A stretch of DNA of 63,308 bases, filler included, from Choristocarpus tenellus KU-1152 (taxonomy: Eukaryota > Protista > Phaeophyceae): the NCBI GenBank assembly GCA_964200185.2. It is 10 parts of 10 records of this genome, joined end to end, with 100 filler letters (N's around TTAATTAATTAA, not from the genome) between each part and the next. Parts side by side here need not be neighbours in the genome. Positions count along the whole stretch, not along the records: positions 19,282 to 27,166 come from CAXNAD020005446.1; positions 27,267 to 36,917 come from CAXNAD020003504.1; positions 37,018 to 40,076 come from CAXNAD020022612.1; positions 40,177 to 48,400 come from CAXNAD020004973.1; 6 more parts are not named here. The stretch is one strand, 5' to 3'. Of this stretch, positions 26,560 through 40,574 are shown piece by piece. The translations under genes and the position numbers were made by a program. The notes beneath the pieces were generated by a model, which worked only from the letters and a program-made list of their open reading frames with translations, had not been told where the DNA came from and made no database searches. The first letter of the stretch is position 1. The number at the start of each line of letters is the position of its first letter.

Positions 26560-27166
26560 AAATGTGCAAGCGTGAGAAATGAAGAAGCTCAAGCAGTGGA
26601 TTAAGCCAGTCCTCTCAGGCCAGCAGAAAGTCAGGGTGAGTTTCGTAATCAGTCATACACACAGGAGGGGGGGAAGTGGGGTGTAAGTGGATTATCTATA
26701 TGACTGGGTGCGTGTAGATGAGAAGTGGTTTTACATCCTCAAAGAGGAGCAAGGTGTGTACCCGCATCCCAATGATCCCCCCCAACCCCCTAGGGCACAG
26801 ATTAAGTGTTACATTACGACTTTGATGTTCTTTCCAGCTGTGGCTCGCCCTAGGAAGCTCTCCAACGGGTTTGGTTTGATGGGAGAATCGGGATCTGACT
26901 AATTGTGGACATTAAGGTCGCTCAGTGCTCCAGCAAATACCACCCCAACAGCACCAAGATGCTTGTGCCAACCACGGTGGGAAGAGAGAGGTAGGAATAA
27001 GAAGATCATGATCGTGGATGTCATCCCGGAAATCAAGGCCCACATGCCTAGCCCGGAATGACACACCATCTTCATGCAGCAGGCAAGGCAAAGCCACACA
27101 CCAGGGGGGGGGGGATCATGGAGGCAATTGAGGAGGCGGGGGGGGATGGCATTATCATAGAGACCC
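26560..27166 (+). mobile_element. Tc1/mariner (plant-type) transposase pseudogene, copy 1
   Basis: KQWIKPVLSGQQK, DWVRVDEKWFY, YITTLMFFPAVARPR and IFMQQAR-like motifs with frameshifts and stops. Truncated by the linker. Confidence 0.88.
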
Positions 27167-27266
27167 NNNNNNNNNNNNNNNNNNNNNNNNNNNNNNNNNN
27201 NNNNNNNNNNTTAATTAATTAANNNNNNNNNNNNNNNNNNNNNNNNNNNNNNNNNNNNNNNNNNNN

Positions 27267-28118
27267 TGATGTTCCTTGCAGTTGTGGCCCATCCTAGGGA
27301 GCTCTCCAATGGGGCGTGGTTCAATGGGAAAATAATCGTGATCTGTCCAATCGTGGACAATAAGGTCGCTCAGCCCTCCAGCAGACACTACCCTATGGGC
27401 ACCAAGGTGCTTGTGTTAGTCGCGGTGGACAGGGAGAGGTATAAGAAGCTCATGATCGAGGAAGTCATCCCCACAATCAAGACCTGCATATGCCTAGGCC
27501 AGAAGAAGACACCATCTTCATCCAGCAGGATGGGGCAAAGCCGCACACCAAGGGGGAGATCATGGAGGCAATCGAGGAGGCGACGGGGGACGGTATTGTC
27601 ATAGACACCCAGGCAGCCAACTCACCTGAGCTCAACATTGACAACCTGAGATTCTTTAATCCCATCCAGCAACTGAAAAGGAAGATGTGCCCAACACAGA
27701 GGAGTTGGTGGAGGCCATAATGGCGGTGTTTGATGTGTACCAAAGGGAGACACTAGAAGTACGTCTGGAAGAGCCTCTTTGCAGTCTACGGCGAAGTGCT
27801 GGGATCCAAGGATGACAACATCTTCGAAATTCCCTATCTTGGCAAGGAAAAGGCTGAGAAGGCGGGCGGGTAGGCTCCCCCTGAATGTCCCTGCGTATGC
27901 GGCGAAATACTGTGCTAGAATGGAATTTTGAAGGGCTTCGGGGACTGAATTATAGAAAGGTGTAGACTGCCCCACATTGGCTTGAGATTTTGGTGGGCGC
28001 AACCTTTTGGTGTCAGCACATTACGCCCATAAAATACGAACTTGTGAAAAAATCTCGCTTCTTCATCATTGGTGCTGCAAAAGGTATATGTTACATTTAA
28101 TTCCGAACGAAGGAAGTA
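27267..28118 (+). mobile_element. Tc1/mariner (plant-type) transposase pseudogene, copy 2, with 3' TIR and TA
   Basis: MFLAVVAHPR...WFNGKI, FIQQDGAKPH...QAANSPELNIDNLRFF. The 3' end ...ttccgaacgaaggaag|TA (28101-28118) is the reverse complement of TA|CTTCCTTCGTTCGG, a Stowaway/plant-mariner-like CTCCCTCCGT TIR. Confidence 0.88.
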
Positions 28119-28251
28119 CATGTTTTGTACAGCAATGTATACATTTCCGAGACATTCTACTACCTACCACTGCAAAAAAAGGGATATCAAAGATAACATT
28201 GGAAGAAACATAGATATACGAGAATATCTAGTGCTCGGACCAGTGGCGTTG

Positions 28252-28404
28252 CTCTATCTCTCAAAATATTTAGGAGTAGGTAAAGTGTATATGCTATGAA
28301 AAGGTGTGTCCGGAACATGGATATTGACACTTCCAACAAACACAATAGCCAAAATTGCATCAAAATCGCAACATTGAATTTTGGCCCTTAAGATACTTTG
28401 GCTC
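28252..28404 (+). mobile_element. MITE family A copy (5'-truncated)
   Basis: Right half only: ggagtaggtaaa...tgtgtccggaaca...taagatactttggctc. Confidence 0.8.
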
Positions 28405-29595
28405 GTCGGTTATCAATAAAAGTCTTCGATGAGGAACAAATCTCAGGAGTTTGGTAGTTCCAAAGAGATAGCACAACCTTAAAAAGATAGTGGAAAATCT
28501 TCAGGAAAACAGGAACACAATCTTCACAGTCACCGAGAAACCCTTCTCTGAAAAATCCTAGTTCGGTCGAATTTGGGTTAGGATTTGGCCTTAAATGTCA
28601 ATGATATTCTACATACTCACTTTGCCTTCTTCTCTCTCCCTGGGACCCAGTTCCTCCTTCGATTGTTGTTGAACCATGTTGATCTGAGTTTGTTTGGGAG
28701 GGCAGGTAGTGTATCAGGGAGGAAAGCATATAACAAGCAAACAGGTCAAATGTACATCACGACGACTGCATCCAGGTTGGGCAACTGATTTGTGGAAAAG
28801 ACAGGAAGAAGAACGAGTGAAAGAGGTACATCCTGCCCATCACCACTAGTAGTGTCGAGAATGTGAAATGACAGCCTACACTAATATTTATTTTCTGTGC
28901 GAAGATGCTGTAGAACATTTGGTGTGAACCGTCAGGAACAAGCCTTGCACCATCCTTGAAAGCAGGGCTCTCTATATAGAAACAAGACAATTTCTGGATT
29001 GGCAGATATTCCCCTAGTGCAATTCATATTACGTCAAGGGGACTTAACGTGGAAAAATCTCTCGGTCTGGAGATCTTTATGCAAGGAGAATGCAATGGTG
29101 TGACGCACAGCATAAACTTTGAGGGGGTACATGAAATGGATCTAGGGGGGCTGCAAGGATTCGAACTAACAACAAAGGGAAAATATGTATGTTATTGGAA
29201 AGGCAATCGTTAGCGAACACACAAGGTGCTACCTAGGAATAATACTCCTTGACCTGTTACACAACTCCACAGAATCACGCAAGAGGTTAGGAGGTATGAT
29301 GACCCCTAGATTCTATCTTGGTCCTCCGAATGGTATAAGTACGAGGCTGCCCAAAATAGATTCAACCAATGGCAAATACAAAGTCATCAATCTAATTTAT
29401 TGTCGGACAAAAAAGTGTGCATCCTCTGTGTGAATCGACATGCAGCTAGATCAGCACCACAGCATAGGAGTATTTTGGAGGAACCTTCAATTACTAGACC
29501 CGAGTACAGTCTAGAGCTCTACTATTAGTGAAGGACTCTATCCCTGCACCAACTGCAAGATCTACATGGGAGCACCGTTCAGAAGTGGTACTTTT

Positions 29596-29853
29596 GAGTG
29601 AAGTATCTTAGAGGGTACGAGTTTTCCCCCGTTTGTCCGTTTGGGGCTTGGCTTCCCACAGGTATTTTATGACATTTTACCTACTCCGAAACATTTCAGA
29701 GTAGGTAAAATATATATGTTATGAGAAGGTGTGCCCGGAACAAGGATATTGACACTTCCTAACAAACACGGTACCCAACATTACATCAAAATCGCAACAT
29801 TGGATTTTTGTCCCCAAATGGACGCGGCTCTACCCTCTAAGATAATTTGGCTC
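29596..29853 (+). mobile_element. MITE family A, full copy (~255 bp, TIR GAGT(G/C)AAAGTATCTTAGAGGGTA)
   Basis: ~23-bp TIRs, subterminal inverted GTCCRTTTGGGGC / CCCCAAATGGAC, and a central 36-bp palindrome at 29675-29710. Confidence 0.9.
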
Positions 29854-32800
29854 TAGTAGTTACACCGACTACATTGTGTATAATAAGCCATTGGTAGTGC
29901 ATTAGCGAACCAAAGTCGCTCAGCGAATCAACCCCACCTTAGGGAAGAACCAAGATTTGTGCTTTTATGGAATCTTTCGTCCGTTTGGGTTAGAGCTAGA
30001 GTTAGGGTCAATCCTAGCCCTAACACAAAGGTCGAAAAGAGCTGTAAAAACGTCCCCCAAAACATGAAAAATGGTCAGGGTTTTCTAATCATAACTATGA
30101 TCCCTAGCTCAAATAATAGACGAAATAGTTCTAAAAAATGTCGGCTGTGGTTCCCTGAGTGAGTCTGGTTATCTTATGCACCGCACCATGACAAAAGAAA
30201 AGGTCGATTGTTGTATGCATCACCTAAACAGCCTACTCTTGCCTACTCGACTCCTGCAATGTTTAAACTTTGTGTATCAGCACTATACTAAACGCATATT
30301 TACAACCTCACATGTTGCAGCAGTATCAAATCATTTCACTGTGTCACATTCGCATCTAGTTGACCCATGTTAGCACCCCTTACTAACCACCACCTTCCAA
30401 AGCTGATTTTGGGTGATCTTTGTCATCGAAAGTATATACTCTATAGCCATGCAAAAGGGCACCTTCGAGAGATATTAAGTATGCAGCCCAACATGAAATC
30501 TTCGAAGTATGATGTGCTCGAGAAAATAATTTGGAACAATTTGAAGTATTTCTACCCACAGTACTGTTTTGATCGAAGTCATGGCCATGCAAAACCAAGG
30601 TTGTGAAAAACAGCTATTTCCTGCGACCATTGCAATCTGACACCTACATGTGCTTATGGGTGGGGACAAAAAGCTGTCGACGCATCTCACATCTGCTGGT
30701 AGGAGAGGCCCACAGTACTGGCGAGTCTCATCTTCTGGTCGTGGTTAGGATATGGATCATCTCTGTGGTCTATGAACCACCCCTCAAGTATCTTTGTTGT
30801 CGTAGGGTCGAACCTGTGCGGGACGGAATATTTGAACAACGTTATGATGATGAGTGCTGCTGGAGCTATCGCTCACGGCGCTTTTTCACATACTACTTAC
30901 TCTGCAGTTCACAGTACAATGCACATACTCCCCTAGCCGAATGTATCGTAATTAACTTGGTATATTTAGACATGAAATGATACCTAGCAAGAGAGTGCGG
31001 CAACGGGCAGAACGAGAAGAATATGAGGTCATCCCTGTTGAATTTTCTAGTGCTTGTATAATCAACAGTATCCCACCATCTCCTTTCTACAACAGTTGTT
31101 GAACATCACCGGTCATGCAATCCTATTTGAACTATTCATAATCTCAGAAAACCACTCACCCTCTCCTTTTTGTCCCACCATTAAGGCTACCGATTTCATG
31201 ACTAGATTCCCTGCCGTGGTGGTCAAAGCAAGAAGTGGGAAAAATTTCTTTTCCAATCATGTCGATACCATCATGCTTTTCTCGATCCTCAACTGCTAAT
31301 CTTCTCTCGAAGACCTCGAGCATGTTTGCGGATATTTCTGCTTCGAGCATGGTGATCTTCTGCACTTCTGCTGTTTGTTTTTTCAGGCATTTTATCGCTT
31401 CCTCCACTACAAATTTCCCTGATAAGGATAAGATGCGGCTAAAGTAATCATTGTATTGTGGTATAGTTAACGTGGCAAAGGCAATAACGAGTATGAACTG
31501 CAGGTGCTACGTGGTGGTCGGTCATTTTCCAATTCCACTTGACCCTATCTCGACGTAACTATTTTCTGAAACACTGGGTCACCATGAGTGTATCGCACAA
31601 CATAGAGTATTGAAAAGGAAACCAATAGAAAAAGAAGCAGTGCCGTTACGCTGTTCTGGTGAGCAGGCGAGAAAAGCAAATCAGTGAGTGACCACGTGGC
31701 TCACAATATGTGTATAATGCCTTACAGTTGTCTACCGATCCATCTAAGAATGGGGTGTGAGAGCTCTCGAGGTTGGCACCGTGTAGTAGTGGCCATGATA
31801 CTTTATAACCTTTCACTTCCAAGAAGTACACAAGGTAGAGCTCCAGTAGCAACCGTTTTTTGCTAGTACCAACACGCGGTAAGGTGAGTCTTGGCTACAG
31901 TGGCACGATGATAATGAAGAAAAGGAGCAGACCTCTACGACTCACCATTCGAGTTCACAACGGTTTGTTCATCAAACGAGGTATCCTCCCCCCGTCGATC
32001 TTTGAGTCGTTTTACCTGTGGCATTGGGCAGTGTGGAGAGATGAAATATGAGGTCGACCAAACCAGAAGATTGAACCTTTTTCTATCATACGTTTCTGTC
32101 CCTGCACTACTCAACCCGTCGATGAAATCCCGATTCATCTCTACCCAGTCCTGCGTTAACGCCGCACTATTCGCAGCAGCTTTTGGTCACGAGCAGAGCG
32201 TCGGTGAGAGGGACATATTAGACAGCAACGAACAAAGATAGACCTCTCCTAGCCGTGAGTTCCGTGTTTAAGGAGCATGTGTAAATCTGTCCCATACCAG
32301 ATTGATTGCATCGCATCAAGGAACAGAATTTTTGCGGCAGGTACTTACTCCCCGACAGCAAAAGCTATAGACTAACTCATCCTTTGCAGGACTTCTCCCG
32401 CAAGTTCAAAAGTATTGATCTCGCAGAGCTTCACGACAAACCTGAGGCAAGGAGCAGAGTGCATCCTCGTACAGCAACCCGCTTCCATTGGACCTTTGAC
32501 CATATTTGCAAGGGTCCAGAGCCTGGAATTCTCAATAGACGCGAAGGGGTACGATTACGAACAGTGTAGAGAGTCAGATCGCTGCCGCGTCTCCATGTCT
32601 CTGACATACGCCCAGCATGCGTACGTGGGCGATTGTAGGTGTAATGTGGAACAGCAGTGATGCAGAAACGTGTGGCTAGTGAGGCCTGCTGGAGGAAGGT
32701 GATACATGGTTACATACGGTTTTGATTTACGAGGAAACTGAATACCAAGTAGAGTGAGTAGGAAACATACGTGAAGGAAGGGGCGGAGGTGTGTATGCCG

Positions 32801-35800
32801 TATGAGTTCGTCGAGCAGAGGTTGAGGACCTCCTCTTCCTCCCTTCACTTGATACTTGACGATTACCATCTCAAACACAAACGGTAAGTAAGTGTACAAT
32901 GATGAAGACGTTCAGGGGACATCGGGGGCTGTTGTACCCAACTTCTCCTCTCTGTCTGATTGACAACAACAACATGAAACGATTATCTCGTGATCAGGAG
33001 AGTGATTTCCCTATTCCAATTTATAGGCATCTTCTCTTGTGTCAGAAGTGGAAAAAACTCTTGGAACTACCAGGAAGTAATCTTGGTGGCTGAAATTGAA
33101 AATGAACTACAAAATGGACTCTCTTTACTTCCTTACTTTGAAGTTCAGTCTGAAGTTCAGTTTCAAGTTGAGTTGAAGGAGGTCGAAACCAAAAACAGGT
33201 TTGGTTGGGGAAAACAATTATGATTCTACGAAGATCTGTAGAACTCACAATTGATACATGGAAACACCGTTCAGAACAATCGTGTTTTAGAGAGGTTTCT
33301 TAACATTGACAATTGCTATATCTTTAACAAGAGTAACTCCTTACCACATGGTTTTCTAGTTTTTCGTAAAACATCTCCAAAATATCACAAACGCAAAGTG
33401 CAAGATGAGAGAGAGAGTGTGTACTCTATGCTTAATTCTTTTTCGTGAATCACAACCTCTGTAAATGTTGGTGAAATATAATAATGTAACCATAGTAAGA
33501 ATTGTGTACAATGACTAAAATGATAAAACTAATCGGACAAATCAGAGTGGGGGTTGGTCACCAACGGATTTCTCGTGAACAGTAGAGAGTCTGTTTGAAC
33601 TTTTTAACGAAACCAATCCGTCAAAAAAAAATCAAAACAGAGAGGTCGTTCCGTTTGTACATTAGTTGACAGTCTGATTCGCACATCGGTTCTCGCCGTT
33701 TGTCACATATATATCATTAGCACCTCATCATAGCCCCATCAACTACTGTTAGAACATCATGGTGCTTGAAAGTATTGAACAGTCGACATCTGTCAAACAT
33801 TCAAGCATAGAATATGTGCCATATGAATTGTCTCAGATATTTTATTCAAGCATGTTTCTTTGTTTTCTTTGATCTTCATATCAGAGCCATCAGTTGCGTC
33901 TCATATGTTGATTATTATTTTTTCTCTGGTTGTCTTTGCCCCTACTTAGACTTCGAGTTCACTCTGCACAAAATGTACCTTTACCAAACGGATGTAATAT
34001 ATTCAGAGTTAAAACATCTTCGTAAACCCTTCTTCGCAAGGTGCTAAGCTTCTTCTCAGAGAGTATCGACTTCTTTCTTTGAGCGTCTCAAGGAATACCC
34101 ACGTCGTCTTGCCAAATAAGCTCTGACTATGCACATCATGTCAGTAGGTGCATCAGCATGTGAATTCACTAGTGCTTCATTGCACTATGACACCCCTTCA
34201 TCGCAACCAACCTGCCACCGTGCAAGAGCGTGGTTCATTCAATCCCAGGTTTCAAACAACATATGTTCTGAATGGTAGCGATAACACACAACCAACCACA
34301 ATATCTACCGATCATTCCAGATCACTCTTCCTTGATCCCTCATTCCATACCACCTACTGCTTCTCTAGCAAGAACAATGCATGTTCATTAGTCAAAGTAG
34401 GACGACTCATTAGCAGTATCTGATTCAAAACCGCAACACTAAACACCAATGGTCCTTCGACTCCAACCTTCCTCATCCCCTCACCCCACATTACTATCTG
34501 TTGTGTCTTTAACAAAAGGATTCTGATTTTTTGTTGCACTTGGTAAATATAATTTTGTGACCACTTTGGACACGACGAACCCACCTCTTCTATGTAACCT
34601 ACCCATTTCAGGTTTTGTTTTCCATATATAGGGAGAGTTTACCCACCAATATTCCATGAGAAAGTATAACATCCAAGGATAGGCGCAACAACACAGAAAA
34701 AAATCCCGAGGTATCTGGGTTTTTAATTCTCTCTTATTTTGTTGTGGTCCCATGGAGATGAAGAAGTCACATAATTTCCATGTGAGCTACCCATTTCTAG
34801 TTTTCTTTCTAAATTGACGATAATTGGAGTGGTATGTCTGGGTATCCATAATTCCACACACCATGGATCATGCAAGTGTTATCATCATACATATGTATGG
34901 AGTACATGGTCATCAACTAATAAATATATTTTTATGATATATCTGAAAATGGATTATTCGACTGACTATGGACGATGACCAGTGGGACATGACATGACGC
35001 ATACCTTTGAATATACTAGATAGACTATATATCTACATGCCATGCGGGGAACAAGAAACACATCCAAAAAGCTGACGTGCATGAATCATTGTATACTACA
35101 CACACACACACACACATTCATGGATGCCGTTGGCCGTTGTGATCTCTACATATGTTGGTATACACGAAGGCATGTATGTTAATGTTTTTATGCACTGAGT
35201 CAAAGTAAGCGACAGGTACCAGAGTTCCATTATAAGGGTATTCGTTTCTCTTTCAAAAGAGTGGAGGATATTATCCGAATTATTTTGTCGAAATCTTTCA
35301 AAACAATAGAAAAATAAACCCTCTCAAGTCAAACTTACCTATTCACCCACAGAAACATGAGCGAATGGCAAAAGATTGAGAAACCGACTTAAAATGCAAA
35401 ACGGTCAAAGAACCAGGTACCTCTCGTTTACCTTGCTTCAGTACCCACCACGCTAAACCGACGATTCACCCACCCCGGACTTCAGTGAGGACCAAAAACT
35501 AAGCAACTCTGTGTGTAGTTCTTTGGAAAGAGATGTAGTAGTACGAAGTATCTTGCGATTTGAACCTCGCTTCGACTGCGATCCTACGAGGTTTGACTCG
35601 ACACATTGGGTGTGAAAGCTGTAAGGTATTGGAATGAAGTTAAGAACTGGCTGTTGCAGCTGAGCTTCATGTGTTGCTTTGGTGGAGATCAGTCGGAGAG
35701 GAGCAAAGGGAAACCATTTTGGTGAAAGACGCCATGTCATTGAGCGACCGGACATGTAATCTCTTTAGTTGTGGTTATTCTTGTGGAGTTAGCTCTGAAG

Positions 35801-36117
35801 GTAGGGTTGCTTGTTAAAATATCCCCAAAGTCATCAAAGAGGATGAAGGTGATAAGCCCGGCTAGATTGCTTGGTGTCTGTGGAGTGATTGATTAATTTT
35901 AGGTGGGGCATGCAAGGCCCCATAGAATCCGAAATATTTCCTTTTATATGAGAAAAATTCTCATTCACCTAATCACTAGTAAAATGTTTTGATAACTCAA
36001 CCACTAATTGATTGTTCCGTTACTCCATACATATTTTACCATAACTGTCCGATAAAGTAGAAAGAGTCTAATCGAACACCCTCCCTAGCTTAAACAACTC
36101 TTGAGAACTTACAAAAA

Positions 36118-36362
36118 GAGTGAACGTATCTGAGAGGGTACGAGATTTGCCCTGTTTTGTCCATTTAGGGCTTGACTTCTAACGGGTTTTTAATGACATT
36201 TTATCTACTCCAAAATGTATACGCTGTGAAAAGGAGTGTCCAGAACAAGTATTGACATCTCCTAACAAACGTGATAGCCAAAGTAATATCAAAATTGCAA
36301 CATTGGATTTTGGTGTGTCCCCAAAGGGACGCGGCTCTATACCCTCTAAGATTCTTTGACTC
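36118..36362 (+). mobile_element. MITE family A copy
   Basis: gagtgaacgtatctgagagggta...taccctctaagattctttgactc, flanked by aaaa on both sides. Confidence 0.88.
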
Positions 36363-36492
36363 AAAAACCAATTATGGATCCTAGGAGGCTCCTCAGGTCA
36401 ATCCTGTATGACAAGAAAACAACCAGCTATTGAACTCACAGAAAAGAAATAAATCCAAACAAACACACTCAAATTCAGCAAGAAACAAACCA

Positions 36493-36681
36493 CTAAATAT
36501 AGTCTAAATTTAGCAAAGCCCCCGCATGCCTCCAAAAAGATATTTCTGCTAAAGGCTTGGTCAGAACATCTGCATGTTGCTGATCTGAGCTAACATGGAC
36601 AATCCTTCTTTGTCCGTTTGCTACCAAGTCCCTTAAGAAATGATGACGTACATCAATGTGCTTTGTTCTACCAGAACTCAA
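36493..36681 (-). mobile_element. Copia LTR-retrotransposon RNase H C-terminal remnant
   Basis: SSGRTKHIDVRHHFLRDLVANGQRRIVHVSSDQQHADVLTKPL matches the Ty1/Copia RNase H motif RTKHIDxRxHF...ADxLTKPL. Confidence 0.92.
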
Positions 36682-36733
36682 TGGGATATTGGCCTAATGG
36701 ATGGCTCCTGTGTTGTCTTCATATACTACATAA

Positions 36734-36917
36734 GAGTGAAAGTATCTTAGAGGGTACGAGTTTTGTCCTGTTTGTCCATTTGGGGCTTGGCTTCCTATGG
36801 AATTTATTATGACATTTTCCTACTCCAAAGTGTTTCAGAGTAGGTAAAATGTATATGTTATGCAAAGGTGTGTCCAAAACAAGGATATCGACATTTCCTA
36901 ACAAACACGATAGCCAA
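36734..36917 (+). mobile_element. MITE family A copy, truncated by contig end
   Basis: Begins gagtgaaagtatcttagagggtacgag and includes the central hairpin. Confidence 0.88.
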
Positions 36918-38146
36918 NNNNNNNNNNNNNNNNNNNNNNNNNNNNNNNNNNNNNNNNNNNNTTAATTAATTAANNNNNNNNNNNNNNNNNNNNNNNNNNN
37001 NNNNNNNNNNNNNNNNNCCCCCCCCCCTGTGCTGCCTGCATCCATTGTTTGGCAGCACCCACATCTCCCCTCGATTATGCCTCTAGAGTGAACAAAAATA
37101 GTGCAAAGGCATACAAACTACTATAAATGGAATACTACATGCAGGGGAACCTACACGGGATCATTTGATCAGGTGGCACATATGCCTCGCAGAGCAGTAT
37201 CTCTCTCTCTGCACACGTGTCCTCTCCTTCAATGGCATGTAGGGACAATCAGGAATAGACAGATGAGCAAGCACACAATGGGTGCCTTGCTCATCAAAGG
37301 TATTCTACACATGGATGCTCCACTCCTTCAACGGTGGTAAAATAAGAGGGACGCTAGCCAAGAGGGCATTAGCCATGCTCTGTCTCCACAGGAATGGTCG
37401 TCAAAGCCTGCATGCAATGAAGGAGAAGGGGCAAGAAGGATTTTTACACATCAGGACCTCCTACAAAGACCAGTTCGCTTGATGTTGAGCAAGTATATAC
37501 ATGTGGGATGACAGAAAAGGACCCGATGACGGGTGCTCTACCTGTGTTTGTAATCTTATTTTGTCATGTCAAGCAGTGCCCTACCAAATAAAGTAGACCC
37601 AGTCATCAAGCAGAGTTGATTTAAACGTTTCGACATCTATCACAGTAAAGATTCATAAATTAAATCGACAGACAAGCCGGGCCCCACCCCTGCCTCATCA
37701 AACAGCCCAACCCACAAGCAAGCCATGCACAAGAGAATCGTGTCTCAATGTAAGACACACACATTGGTGGAAGGTAGAATAGCACGACATCGCCTCAACT
37801 AGTATTATGTCCCCCCCCAAAAACTAAGTGTGCTGCAATTGAATGATATCAAACCCTTTTCCAGGCAATTGGAAACCCCTTTGAAATTAAATCTACTACT
37901 GGCGGGAACAGTGCTATAAACAATCAACCTCTGATAGTACATGACAACATTGCTTGAGTCAAATGATGACACAAATACTTCCTAAATTCAAGGTTCAACG
38001 TGAGGACAGGTCTCACCTCAAGTGTCTCTACATGTAAGTAACCGAAACAAACTACCACAACAAAAATGAAATAAAAAAAAGGTAAACTGGTGGCAATCAC
38101 AATTACACATCACGCAGCCTAACCCTAACCCTAACCCTAAAAAGAC

Positions 38147-39639
38147 CTTCGAGATAGAAGCTTCTAGAAACAAGACAACAATCAGACATCCAGAGCAGAG
38201 GGTCTAAATGTCCTTCCTTGTCTTGCCACATGTGCACCACAACACCAATCGATCTCAGTCTTTTGACTAACCTTGTAGGTGTTTGAAATCTTATTGAAAA
38301 AGGAGCTGTTTCCAAGGGCATTACGTGTTGAGCGGCAAAATCTGTTTAAACCCTGTCGACGAGTGATAAGCAAGAGATGCCCCCCATGGACCAATGGTGG
38401 GTGTTTTAGTGAGCTGAAAAGGATTCCAAAACAAAAAAACAGCCTGATGAACTCTAACTGATCATGGCACGGTCAGCACATGTGCAAGTTATCATTGAAC
38501 ACACATAGGAATAAGGCAAAGGCAACTCACTTGTAAGCAATCAGAGATCCTTTTTCAATTCAACATAGATGAGATGTCAAACCATGCATGTACTCTCCTC
38601 AACAAGTGCAGACTTCACAGACTTCACAGACATCTCTCTCTTTCTCTCTCTCATGATCAAGCAATCCACAAAAACCAACTCCCCACTGCAGAGTACAGTA
38701 CATGCATCCCCTCTCAATTAGCATTACATTGCATCTCTGCGTAGCATCGAGGGCTGAAAAGATCACCATGGACCAGGTAAGAAAATTTGCAGAAAATTCC
38801 ATCATGAAAAAATTAATAAAATGTGTGTCACAAGACATCACAGCCTGTTAGAGGCAATCTATTTAATGGCAATCTATCCATCTCCGACCTATACCTTCAT
38901 GGGCACAAAACTCCAGAATGAAACAGGTTCGTGCCAGTCCCTCATTCTCCCCTTGCCCCAACCAACCTCACTGCAGGGTACTTGCCTCAGAACAGATAAC
39001 ACACCTACACCAAGCTTTGATGAAGTAACCTATATATATATATTCCTATGGCAAGGAAAGATCAATACATTGATTATATGTATGTATGTATATTCCTATG
39101 TCAACTTTCACTTCCGAAAAAACACACAAAAAAGAACATTTCCTGAACCGTCCTTCATACATCTATCTGTATACACGACTCCTCAATCAATAAATCAAGC
39201 AACAAACAGCTGCAAAAAAAAAAGAAAAAACTCTCTCAGCAGCACTGAACCATCAAACAAGGAGATTTGTCAGCAGAGATCTCTCAACAATGAGGGGGTA
39301 ATAGGGTCATGAAAAAAAACAACAGGTGACGATGTCAACACACACAACACAACACAACACACAAGAAAACATCTACCCGGTCACCGCAACCTACTACACA
39401 GGCTCTTCCAATCCATGAGCCACGATCTAAGCACTCCTTTGCTTGGCCACCTTCCACACAATACAAGCAAAGGCTACACCAACTGCAGCAAACAGGAACA
39501 TCCACCAAACACGCTAGCAACACAAGCTCACCGCCACCGAATCGAGCACCACGCAGTACCCCCTCCACAATACAATGGTCAGAGTAACTGTAATAACAAG
39601 CTGAACGGTGATGTATATGGACACCAACGTCCTCGCCCT
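38147..39639 (-). CDS. Possible internal exons of an unknown membrane-protein gene
   Basis: 39532-39639 (cag|...|gtgagc, RARTLVSIYITVQLVITVTLTIVLWRGYCVVLDSVA) and 38147-38203 (tag|TLCSGCLIVVLFLEASISK|gt), both phase 0 and hydrophobic. The reading frame of the first exon is ambiguous. Confidence 0.3.
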
Positions 39640-40180
39640 CTGCGTGGAAACAAAAAAAAAGGTTAAGAACAAGCCCAGAAGGAGCAAGGAGAGGAAATGG
39701 AACACAAAGAGAGGTGAGAGACGCTCCCAGCAATTTCTACCACAATAAACACAATGCCATGGGAACACAAATAAAAGAAATAGATCACTGACACTATTAT
39801 GATAATGAGAAATAAGTCACTGAAAATGTGGAACGGAATGCAGTTGCAGTGACCATAAATACACAACAATCATAATAATAACATAATGATAACATAATGA
39901 TAGGGAAAGAATCGCACCAGTTTCAACATCCACAACAAGGAATTGTCAGGGCGCACTACTAATTTTCTGAAAGGAAAAAAGGTATCCTTCAGTACCGTGT
40001 GCTTGCTACAAAAAAGAAAAAAACATGCAAGGGAAAAAAATATGGAAAGATTGTACAATCCACTACTCCCACCCCCNNNNNNNNNNNNNNNNNNNNNNNN
40101 NNNNNNNNNNNNNNNNNNNNTTAATTAATTAANNNNNNNNNNNNNNNNNNNNNNNNNNNNNNNNNNNNNNNNNNNNACTC

Positions 40181-40438
40181 TCAAAGTATCTTAGAGGGTA
40201 GAGCCGCGTCCATTTGGGGGCCAAAATCCAATGTTGCGATTTGGATATAATTTTGGTCTATCGTGTTTGTTAGGAACTGTCAATATCTATGTTTCAGACA
40301 CTCCTTTTTCAAAACGTACATACTTTACCTACTCCGAAACATTTTGGAGTAGGAAAATGTCATAAAAGAACCCATTGGAAGCCAAGCCCAAAATGGACAA
40401 ACAGGGCAAAACCCGTACCCTCTAAGGTACTTTCACTC
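40181..40438 (-). mobile_element. MITE family A copy (reverse orientation)
   Basis: tcaaagtatcttagagggtagagccgcgtccatttgggg...taccctctaaggtactttcactc. Confidence 0.9.
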
Positions 40439-40574
40439 TGTGGTCCCAGGCAGTGTACAGGGGGATTTCAAGGAGCGGGATAATTTGATCTAGGTGCACT
40501 CATGTTGGCACTGTGACGTACGTATCCAGTCGCCCATCGTCCATGCCTCAGATTTTTGGTAGTGGAGTTTAGGA

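Noticed and set aside
26560-27920. A single mariner element spanning the linker
   Set aside because: Both sides contain the same MF.AVA.PR...QQ region with different sequences, so they are two separate copies.
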